A DNA stretch of 64,000 nucleotides from Callorhinchus milii. Its lineage: Eukaryota. The position numbers and the translations under genes are program-made. Below the pieces are notes generated by a model that did not search any database, was not told the DNA's origin, and worked only from the letters and a program-made list of their open reading frames with translations. Location: the NCBI RefSeq assembly GCF_018977255.1, contig NW_024704743.1:97156001-97220000 (forward strand), written 5' to 3'. This document shows, piece after piece, positions 12,201-24,200 of this stretch. The first letter of the stretch is position 1. Each line of letters starts with the position of its first letter.

Positions 12201-15200
12201 GGGAGTAGGGAGGTGGCCGTAAGCATGATCGAACAGGAAAGTTTTCAGGCAGGACTAGAAAGAGGGGAGAGAGGGGCAAGGCGGAGGGATTGAGGGAGAG
12301 TGATCCAGAGTTTTGGGGAGTAGTTGCTGAAAGCACAACCTCCGATGTCGGGGCGGAGGGTGGAGGAGGCTGATGCCAGTCAAGCAGAGGCGCTGGGTGG
12401 TGGATTGGGGAGTGAGGCGGTCGGAGAGGTAGGGAGGTGCCAGGGAGTGAATGGATTTGAACACGAGAGTGAAGATCTTGAAGTCGATCCCTTTGGTGAT
12501 GGGGAGGCAGTGGAGTCTGACCAGAACTGGTGAGATGTGGTACAGAGTTGGTCCAGGTCAGTATGAGGGCAGCAGAATTTTGAGTGAGCTGGATCTTGTG
12601 AATGGTTGAGCTGGGGAGACCGGCAAGAAGTGCGTTGGAGTAAACCAAGTGGGAGGTGACCAATGCATGCACGAGGATTTCGGCTGCATTTAGGGTAAGA
12701 TACGGTCGGAGGTGGGCAATGTGGCGAGATGAAAGAAAGGAGTCCTGGTCAGGGACTGGATGTAGGGGAGGAAGGACAGTTGGGAGTCTCAAATCTCTAA
12801 CTCCATCTTGGAGTCACACTTTGTTTCCTTTCTCCTTACCTTCAATACTTGCCTGAAGACCTTATTTTTAAACTGCGCTTTTGGCCATCATTCTCTCCCC
12901 TCCCCAACCATGCTCTGGCTCCCAGTCAACTCTGGGTAGTGATTTGAGATGTTGCTATAAAGATATAATAAATTATTGTTGTTGGTTCTCCAAGGCTTCT
13001 TATGAGAGATGGTCTGCTCACTATAGTGCTGAGAAATAATGAGGACCCAATTTACATTTCTACACAAACGTAGAAATAACATAATTTACTTACACATTTG
13101 GCCTAAGAGGTCACAAAAACTGTAAATCTATACACTTTTGAGGAGGGAATTTTCAGGGTATTCTTGCACATATTCCACTACATATGCAATTAATGCCTTT
13201 TACCCTGCTTATGTTTTCTTTTGATGCAAATTCTTTTGACATAGAACACCATTGAAATTTAGCATATATGTTTATAGCTACTGTTTTATTATTTGCCCAA
13301 AATTAAATACCTAACAAGGAATTTTTCCCCCCAAGTGTGATGCTTTCTACATCATTCCACAGCAGTCCTCTTGTGGCCCATCTTGAGAGAGATTGCCAAT
13401 TTGTGCTGAATTAAAGGCAGTTGTGTGCAGTGAACCCACAGCAGCTGGGTTGGAAGTTCCAAAACTCATTTCGTAGCGAGCCATGCAGAAGAGACTTTCT
13501 TGCTTCAGTCTGGCCTAGAAAATTATTTTTAAAACGTGATCATAGATGAAAAATTGGTATGAGCTTCACTCTCTAATCCCAAGTATTCAGCACCATGTCT
13601 GGTTAATTAATATGCTCCAGTGCAGGGCTTCTCTGATGGTCAATGAGGGAATGTGATTTTTAATCCCTTAAACATTAAGTTTAGTTAATGGGGTTGAAAA
13701 TGCAAAAGTCACAATGAAAATGCAGTTGGTCAGTGTTTTGCCATTATTCATCTGAGAAAAGGCCCCAAAGGTCGAAAAGCAAAACGGTCAGCCTAGCTCA
13801 CTTTGCAACACTCTGGGTCAGAGGGTTATGGGTTCAAGCCCCACATGTGTGCGTTGAGCCCATATTCCTTTGCTGACACTTCAGTGCAGTACTGATGGAG
13901 TATTGCATTCTTGGTGGTCCCTTGTTTTGGATGAGAAGTTTAAAACCAGGTTCCCGCTGTTGTTGGAGTCGGGATGCAGAATCCAGTACCTAAACTGTAT
14001 TTTCAGGTGGATGTTAAAGATCCCATGGCACTGTTTTATAAGATGAGGGGATTTCTTTCAATTTCCTGGTCAGCAATCCTCCAGATAAAATTGGCCAGTC
14101 ACTTCATGACCGTTCTTTTGGGGGTCAGTGCTGTGCACAAATTGATGCAGGTGCCTACAAATACGCAGTTACTACACTTGACATCAATTCTCTGCAAAGC
14201 ACTTTGAGACATTTTGATATTATGGGCATTGTTTTAAATCCAAAGATGATTTTATTAATGAGAAAGATGGCATTTGCTGACATTTGGGGTTTGTGATTTT
14301 TCCCCCCTGCTTTTTACTGCATCTGGTAGCAAATTAGCGCATTGAATGCCGCATTTTTAACTCCCTGTCATTAATGCTATTGTTGGCTTCCTTCATTGAG
14401 CCATACCTGGGAATGGGAAACATTGACCAGGATGGTTCCTATTTTCTATCAATCCTGGAAAGTGGGTAGACATTGGGTAGACATTGTTGATGGGATTGGG
14501 ATTTGGATTTGATTGTGATGTATGTCAACGAAATACCTGACAAATACCTGGACACTTAAATCAAGATACCAAAGGGCTGCTGGCACTCACTAGAACTCTA
14601 CACTAGCCATAGTCACCAGGGAGAAGAGGACAGACCTAGGTTAGATGGGTTTTTACATTTTCAAAAAGCTATTGATCCAAATTAACAATTGAGCAGAATG
14701 TTGTTGACATAAAATTACCACTATACAATCGGAATTGATGTTTTACTAATTTCTTCTCAATACTACTTTCCCTTTAGCCTGTTGATGGTTCTCCTAGCTG
14801 CTGTCTGTCTACCATTAAATGACCTTCAGGTAAGTGAGGAATGGATCTAACTGAATGACTCGCACTGGTACCATGCCTGAATGCTGCTGGTTGAGAACAT
14901 AATGGATAACTGGTTTTATCATTGGTTCTCTCCTCTCTCTTATCTATATGCTTCCTCTTGGTGACATCAACACAAGTATGGGGCCAGTATGCCAGACACC
15001 CAGCACTACTTCACCCTCAAATCAGGTGTTCTAACTGAGTTCTTATCAAATATCAAGCCCTGGACCTTTACTTGCTTCAGATAAATATTAACAAAACTTA
15101 AATTATTTTCTTTGGTTCTCACCAGCACCTTCTCATCTCTGGCTCCATCAGCCACTGGCTGTTCACTTTCATTTAATTAGTCAGTGTGAAATCTTGATAT

Positions 15201-18200
15201 TCTGCTTAACCCCCAGCTGTGCTTCAAGCCCCCAATTCAGTTCCATTACCACATTTTTCCATCCCCTGATCGTTGCCCACTGACTCCCAGACCTTCCTAG
15301 CTCCACCCTACACAAACTTAATTTCTACCAAAATACTACAGCCTGCATTCTGTTCTGCATCATGGCTCTGCACACCCATCTTTCAGTCTTCACGATTCAT
15401 TGGCTCCCATTACCTTATTGAATTCACTTTATGATCTGTGTTCTGATCTTCAAATTCCATCATCCCTCACTATCCTTGAAATCCATCCCAGTCCTATTCT
15501 CCTGTCCATACCATCCTTATCTCCAATTCTAGTCTATTGCTTGTTTTTTGCTCTTCATCCACCAATGGTGGCTATTCCGCCCTTTGTTACTCACTTCCAA
15601 ATTCTCTTTGCCTTGCTGCCTCTCCTTACATTCAAAAGCATCCTCTTTGATTTCCAAATTTCTTAATTCTTCCTCTCGCTTCCTAATGGGTGTGTTCCAT
15701 ATTTTTGGATTTAAAACTTCCTGATATCATTGCATGTTAAGCAGTTCAAGACATTTATCTGATGTGAAAGGGGTGCTATGTAATGAAGTTGTTAGTTTTA
15801 GAATATTTAGTCATAGTATTCACAGGCTGCTTTTGTTACCTTTCCCTAGTGCAGAAATTGTGTTTTGGTCTGTTCTGATTCAAGTTGTTAAGAGCAAAAT
15901 TAGAAAGTCGTATTTTCATCTGTGGTGTTCTCAATTCCTTGTACAGTATCCATCTCTGTTTAAATATGCCTACAAAATACATAGTCACTACACTTTACAG
16001 TCAAATGTTGTGAGGCATTATATCAATTACAAGGATTATTATAGCTGTGTCATGTTTTAACCTGTCTGCTATCTGAATTAATTGTACTCAGACAGTTAAC
16101 ACGATGTCAGTCATTAACCTCACATCCAGATGGCTTCAGCTGAGATCAGGGCCTTCTCAAGAGAGAAATTGAAGACTGAGTTGAGATGTTTGGTTTTGAT
16201 GTGCTAAATTGCCATTTCTGGTTGGAAATTTCAAAAGCAGGTCTCTGTCCACAAAATATAATCAATCCACTTTACAGTATGGCCTGTAAAGCACTTTGAG
16301 ACATCTCAACGTATTGATTAGGCACAAGGATTATCTGCATGTCCCCTGTGCCCTGCTTTCAGCAACTATACCCCAAAACTCAAGAACACTGTTCCTCTAT
16401 CCCTCTGCCTTGCCCCTTCCTCCCCCATTTTTAGGTCGTACCTGAAGACCTTCCTATTCGGCTATGCCTATGGTCACCTGCCCCTCCTCCCAGCTCGGAG
16501 TCGTGCTCCGCCACTGTCAAGTGCTCTGGGACTCTACCTTGCGTGAGGGGTGCTATGTAATTGGAATTTGTTATTGTGATCAAAGACAAAATGCATAATT
16601 GCTTTTTCTAAAGTCAGTAATTGAGCAAAAAGATCAGAAAACAAAAACAAATAATGTTTTCCCTCTCCAGCCTTTTTTGGCCTTTTCCCTTTATTGGAAA
16701 TTTATTCTTTGCCCCTTGATAATGATCGGTATCTACAGTCAAACCTGTTTTCAGCAACCACTCGGGACTAAGCCAAAGTGTCCTTTATGTAAGGGCAGCC
16801 TCTGAGTACGGGTTTGTTGGAATCTGTAGAATTTCTAAGTGTTTTCTATGCATTGTATAGAAAAATACAATGCATATACGAACCCATAAATCAAACTACA
16901 GGTAAATTAATGAAGTCATACATCAATTACAAAATACAAATCATTGCTGTTTGCTGAAGAAGTCCATAACTATTTTCTGGTGGATTATGTTTCTCAGAAA
17001 GCTTGGCCTCCACATGCATCATTAATTTTAATATGTCTGCATGTTCCAATCTTGGACAAAGGTCCTTCAGTATAGCAATGTGTGGCCACATATCCTTCAG
17101 GGTGGCTGGTGACAGGCTGGTGATCTGGCAACTAATCTGATTCACTGTCCTCCACAATCTGGTGCTGAATCTGCAGGAACTCAGGTTCGACAATGTCGTA
17201 CTGAGCAGCCGGTGAGAAGGGAGGCTGCGGGCGTCACCTGGGCTGCTTGGCGCGTCTTTGGCTACTGGTTGCATTTGAAGGATGGTTGCTTAATAAAGGG
17301 TATAATGCAAAATAAGTCGGGAGTGATCCGGAGTGTTTGTTGACAGAAGGTGGTTGCTGAATAGAGATGGTTGCTTTAACAAGTTGAATGTACACGTGAA
17401 ACAGCCCCAGAAATCTCCTTTGGGGTTAAATCTTCTGATATCATTGCATGTGAAAAACTTATCTCTCAATACCCTCATTCTGTACAATAGACCAACTACC
17501 TTATCATCATCTTGTTAAACTCCCTGTAATAAAAGTCTCTGCGCTTTATTGAGGGTGTGTGCATATTTAAAATTTTGGATGCAAATCAATAGATTTACAA
17601 GACTAAAATGTCAGAGATCCTTCACAGAAGAATTTGTATGTTATATGCGTTTCCATGAAGCAAATCAAAATGAAGAGGGAGAGTTGCTGAACTTTAACAA
17701 GTATATACTATATGTCCTTTAGACCAGTGTTGTATGTTTGTTTCTACTGCAGTTTCATAAAGCGCCCATGTAGGGGAGTCATAGCCCAGTAAATGTGTAT
17801 CTTCCTTGAAAGTAAAATGTACTTCTTCTGTTTCAGTTTGACCCAGCAGGCTATTTCTGGGCAGTGATACATTGCCTATGCGCTGGTGAGTTGATTTTTT
17901 TTGTAACATGTTCTCAGTGTGGTTTTGCTGAGATCGACGTCAGTTTCATCATTAGTCAAATTAATTATGACTTTACATTTTAAATTATCAATAATTACAC
18001 TAATACATAATCTTGCTTACCTCTTTTATCACCAATAAATTCACATGCAGTACAAACCATTTTTTTTAAGAATTGGAACTGGATAGAGTTGAAGTTCATA
18101 TCAGTACTCCAATTAATACATATCACAGATGTATGGTCATACAATTTAAGTAGAATTAACCAGGCACAATTTCTTTCTTAACTCATGTAAGTAAAACTGC

Positions 18201-21200
18201 AGCAAATGGATATGGAGTGAGCAGCATGTGGAAGGTAACCATATTCACCTACTAATAGCTGTTCTAGCCTCAGGAAAAAAAACGCCTGTTTCTTTGTCTT
18301 ATTTTAACCCTAATTACTTACTACTTGCATTTTCAATGCAATGAGGCAGCATGCCCAACATCCTTCACTTGAGGTTTCCCTATTAAAGGATTTGTATCTC
18401 TGAACAAAGATCTGTTGCTAGAGAGCTATAACACATACTGATTAGAGCAGTTTGGAGGAGGAATGTTTCAGGGCATCACCGAGAACTGATTCTACTTTTT
18501 CTTCTCATTGTCCTTGTTAGAAATTTGTGTTCCAAACTTGCCATGCATAAATCATATTAGTTTTCCATATAGGTGACTATCCCCTGGGGAGGAGGGAGGG
18601 GAGGTAAGCATGGTGTCCTTGGAAGTGAGTTGGCTCCAGGTGACGTATTTGTAGCTCAGTTAGCTCCGAGGTGACATACTTGGAAGGTGTGGCAGTCGCA
18701 GTAGTCCAATTCTTGAACCAGGCAGGTTTGTGATATTCCAGGGCACGACTAATGCCAGATCAGCCAATCTGGCATATCAGCAGGACTCAGAGAATCAAAA
18801 CCAGAGTTCCGCATAGGTAGGCCACCTACACGTGGAAATTTCCCTGCGTCTGGAGTGTAATGTACACTATTCCCTGGACAGTTGCACCCTGCTTACCCAG
18901 TTTCAGAAAGTTTAGGTGCAAGCTAGCAAGGCACGTTATTGATGTAATTTCATGAAGAAAGTGGTATCAGCGTTGCTTCCTGCATGCAACACTGGTCACT
19001 GGGGACTGGGATTCTTCCCACTCAACAACAACAACAACAACAAGATTCCATTTATTGAGCGCCTTTCACGTCGGGAGGACGTCCCAAGGCGCTGTACAGT
19101 TGGGTCAGGACCCGAGCAAGGGGGAAATGGTCAGGGTGAGGGGAGGGAAGGGAGGGAGCGAGGAGGGGGTAGAGAGTCGAGAGGGGAGCTGAAGGCACGG
19201 TCAAAGAGAAAGGTCTTGAGACCGGCCTTGAAGGAGGAAAGGGAGGAGGCGGCGAAGGCACTGGGGGATAGAGTTCCAGAGCCTAGGGGCTGAGAGGCTG
19301 AAGGCCCGGCCACCGATGGTAGGGCGGTTGGGGCGGGGGATGTGGAGCAGACCGGAGCCAGAGGAACGGAGGGTACGGGCGGGTAGGTAGGGGGATAGTA
19401 GGTCGGAGAGGTAGGAGGGAGCAAGGCCGTGAATGGCCTTGTAGGTGAGGATGAGGATCTTGAATTCGATCCTCTGGGGGATGGGGAGCCAGTGGAGGCG
19501 AGCGAGGGTGGGAGTGATGTGGTCCCGAAGCCTGGTGCGGGACAGTACACGAGCTGCAGAGTTCTGAATGACCTGCAGCTTGTGGAGGGAGGTGCCGGGA
19601 AGGCCGGCGAGGAGAGAGTTCCCATAGTCCAGCCTTGAGGTGATAAAGGCGTGGACCAGAGTTTCAGCAGCGTGAGGGGTGAGGTAGTGCCGTAGTCTGG
19701 CGACATTCCGGAGGTGATGGAAGGCGGTGCCAGTTGTGGCGCGGATATGGGGAGAAAGGACAGCTCAGGGTCGAACAGAACCCCGAGGTTCCTGACTGGC
19801 TTTGAGAGGTGGAGAGTGCAGCCTTGGATGCTGATGCTGTCAGCGCCTGAGGTGCGGAGGCGCTGATGCGAGCCAATCAGGAGGGCCTCAGTTTTGCGTA
19901 CGTTGAGCTGGAGAAAGTTATCTCTCGTCCAGGACTCGATGTCGGACAGGCAGGCTGTCAGGACATCGGTGGTCGTGGAGTTGAGGGTAGAGGAGGAAAG
20001 GTAGAGTTGGGTGTCATCCGCATACATGTGGAAGTTAACCCCATGTCTGCGGATGATGTCACCAAGGGGGAGCATATAGAGGGTGAAGAGGAGGGGACCG
20101 AGGACAGAGCCTTGAGGGACACCGCACGAGACAGTGCGGGGGCCGGAGGAAAAACCATTTGTGGAGACAAAGTGAAGACGGTGGGAGAGGTACGACCTAA
20201 ACCACTCAAGGACAGGGCCTTGAAGGTTTAGGTGGGAGGACAAGCGGTGGAGGAGGATAGCATGGTCGACCGTATCGAATGCTGCCGAGGTCGAGGAGGA
20301 CGAGGAGGCAGAGGGAGCCCTGGTCACAGATGGTCAGGATGTCATTGGTGACCTTGACCAGGGCAGTTTCTGTGCTATGGGCAGCACGGAAACCCGATTG
20401 AAGGGGTTCGAGTAGTGAATGGTTAGAGAGTAAAGAGCGCAGCTGGGAGGCGACAACTCGTTCCAGGACCTTGGATAGGAAGGGGAGGTTGGAGATGGGC
20501 CGGTAGCTTGATAGCTGCGATGCATCAAGGGAGGGTTTTTTTAAGGTGGGAGTGATGGTGGCAGTTTTTTAAGGGAATGGGAATAGAGGCAGTTTTTAAG
20601 GGAATGGGAATAGATTCCCTTCCTATTAATGCTGCACACCAAAGACCAGTGGGTATGGTGGTCCTTGCAGCAGCAGGAAACATCTGTGGTCCCCAAGCCT
20701 TGTCTCTTGCCAACCTGCACCAAAAACTTTCTGGAATTAGGTAAAAAAGGGTGCGACTCTCCAGGGAAGCAGTGTACATTCCCCTACAGATGCAAGGAAA
20801 TTTCCACGTATAGGTGGCCTACCTATGTGGAACTCTGGTTTTGATTCTCTGAAACATGGTAATGGGTTTCTGTGTAGGACAGACACCTGACTAACCAAAA
20901 AATCAGTTTTCTCTAAAATTTTATGTAGATACATGGAAGATATGCATGGGGAAACATGTTTGTGCTTCAAATCTCTGAGGAACCTAAAAGCCACTGATTT
21001 GGGCAGTGTGGTCTACTTGTTCAATACACCACCCTCAGGCCTGAAGTGCTTGGATCAAATGTTAAATATGTATGTTAAATTATGTGATGGTGGTGGGCAT
21101 CTATTTCTCTGAAGCTGAATGTGTATATAAGATGTGTTCAAATTTGAATAATAATCCCTCCAAAACAAAACAATAATAAATTGGTCATTTTCAATCTACG

Positions 21201-24200
21201 ACTGTTTGTGGGACATTGCTGTGCTCAATTGGCTGCCGCGTTCGCCCACAAATATACAGTCAATTCACTTTACAGTGTGTTCTGTGAAGCACTTTGGGAC
21301 GTCCTCCCGACGTGAAAAGCGCTATATCAAATGCAAGGATTATTATTATTATTATTATTATTCCAAGTACTAAATGTTTACTTGCATTTTCTGCTTTGGA
21401 GTCCTGGAGCCCTCGTGGAGTCCTGTAGCTCAGTGTTAGAGCACTCGCTTCACAAGCGAGAGACCTGGGTTCAATTCCCAGCAGGGTGAAATGTTGGGCA
21501 AGTTTCCTTACTTCACACGCCTCTGTTTACCTAGCAGTAAGTAGGAATCCAGTTGTTAGTCAATTGGGGGATCGCCTTTCCAGGGATAATAATTCCTTCA
21601 AAAAAAATTATAATAAATTGGTCACTTCAATCCATGACTGTTGTGGACACTGCTGTGCGCAATTGGGTGCCATATTTCGTCCACAAAATATACAGTCAAT
21701 TCACTTTACAGTATATTCTGTGAAGTGCTTTGAGACGTCTCCCAAGACATGATAAAGTGCTATACCAAGAGCAAGGATTATTATTATTGAGTTTTTTTTT
21801 GTATGGTGATTGTTAATTTTAAATTAAGTTGTCAATAGGTAAAGTTAGACCTTTGGCTATGTTTACTTTCAAAATTATGCCAGCAAGAGACTCGTTTGTA
21901 ATGTCAATTTTAATGTAGCAGGTGGTAATTATATAGTAATAATCCTTGCATTTGATGTAGCGCCACATCACGTTGTTGAGACATCTCAAAGTGCTTCACA
22001 GAATATACTGTGAAGTGGATTGACTGTATATTTTGTGGGCCAAAAACAGCAGCAAATTGTTCACAGAAGTGACCCACAAACAGTCGTGGGTTGAGTGACC
22101 AAATATACCCAACTAAGCATTATTTGTGCTTCCTTTGTGTTGCAGGTGGATACAGAGTGTTCCAGGAATTACCGAAATCTTGTTTATTAAGGTAACTATA
22201 TAAAACTGCACCCATGCATCAATCTATCTCTTAAATTTCTCTAGTACATTATACTTCCTGGTCTATCGTACAATGGAAGATCATACATTCTCTTGTGCCT
22301 GGAAGAATTTTTTTTATGAGCATTGTTTACCAGAATTCTATTGTGGTTATAAAATCACGATTTATAAGCAGTAATATGAAATGGTAACTATTGTGGTTGA
22401 GTTTTAATCCTACAGGATTTTATTTGAAAATACACTTTGTTTCACTGAGATCTTTTCATCCATGTAAAATTTTATTTCCATTTTATTTTGAACATTTCAA
22501 ACTTGTCTATTGCATTCTGGTCATCACTGATATAACTTTCTGCATGTTGTGCTTTGCAAAGGACACGTTACTGTTGTCATTTCATAAAGAAAGTAGTATC
22601 AGCATTGCTTCCTGCATCCAACATGAAAAAACTCACACCTCTGAATCATAAGGACGTGGGTTCAAGCCCCATCTTTGGTCTTAGAACTCATATCATCTAA
22701 AATGACACTCCAAAATGCAGCGTTTGAGGTGTGCTGCATTGTTGGGAGGTGCTGTCCTACGAATGAGTCGTTTAACCAAGGCCCCATCAATTTATTCAAG
22801 TGGATTTTAAAGGATGCATGACACTACTTGAAACAAAAATTATGTTTTTCCTTGCGACCTGGCTAACAATTCCACAACAAAATTGGTCATCCACTTCATT
22901 GCTCTTTGTGGGACATTTCTGTAATCAACTTGGCTGTCATGTTTGCCCGCAAAACACACAGTCACAATACTTTACAGTATAACCTGTATAGTGCTTTGGA
23001 ACATCCTTCTGATGGGAAAGGTACTGCATAAAATGCAAAGTTTTTATTATTATTAAGAAATTATGGCAATGCCAATTTGATGATACAGAAGTCAGACATT
23101 TCCCTGTATGTGATGGAAGGTACTGTTCACCATCTATCTTGCTTACCTAAGGCAAGGACAGTTCTTTAATCAGCATTAAGGTACTAAATATATTTTTCTT
23201 TCCTTTCAGTGAATTTGAGCAGCAGTACCTCAACTACTTATACAGGTAAACACCAGTGTGAAGGAATGTACTCAATTTTACAATAGTCTAATTTTGTTTC
23301 TCCTTTCACTTTTCTATTCACTCCCAGGCTTTCTGTTCCTCTTCCTTCGCATTCCTCTTTTTCACCATCGCTTGTCTCAATGCTGAGGGGGTCATTGATC
23401 CTGGTTACCAATTCTGGACATTCAATAGCTATGCATTGTAGTAAACATTAGCCATATAGTATTTCCATCATAGAATCTAATGAGCCAAGAATTTGGTCAT
23501 TTTGTTAAATTGCAGCATTTTGTATCCGAATCTATGTTTTTACCTTCAATTAAAATCAAAATATAGGGCTATGTTATGACAATATACTGATAGCTATTTA
23601 AATATTCTTCATTCATTCTTTCAGGTTTTGTTGCGCAGTTATTTAAAAGTTTCTTCACTGATCTCTAGTCCTGCCACTGAATCAGTCCCAAGACATCATT
23701 TCCTTGTTTTGGGGATAATTTGAAATACTGTATACCTGAATTTGGGAAATGCTGAAAATAATCATAAGATTAATGAACTTTGGTGAAGATTATTTTCAGC
23801 ATTTCCCAACTTCTCCAAAATTAATGAAATACAATCACAGTTAAAAATGAAGTAAAAGTTTATCTCCTCGATGTGACATTTCTGTGCAATGTATTGTCAT
23901 GTTTCAATGATTTGTTATGTTTAGCTTTTAATCCACTGAAAAGTATCAATTATGAGAAAAATATGGGACCACTTTGTGAACCTTTTTTTAATGGTGTAAG
24001 ATATTTGGTTGCTAAGCATTGAATTAACCTTGTATGGGCAGATCAGTTTACTTATAATGCTTAACTTCCTGGATTCTCCCAAATTTTATATGCACCAACA
24101 ACTATTTCACGTGGGGGAGAGAGATGGAAGACAGCTGCTACTTGAATATTAATATCTACAAAAATGCTTAGTCACTCCCTTTTAATCATAAAAATAATAT

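Noticed and set aside
19131..20327. 398-aa ORF with RT motifs as a host gene or active element
   Set aside because: 5'-truncated, frameshifted L2 with no endonuclease domain; the same applies to ORFs at 8454-9644, 38237-39083, 40887-42000 and 43694-44860.
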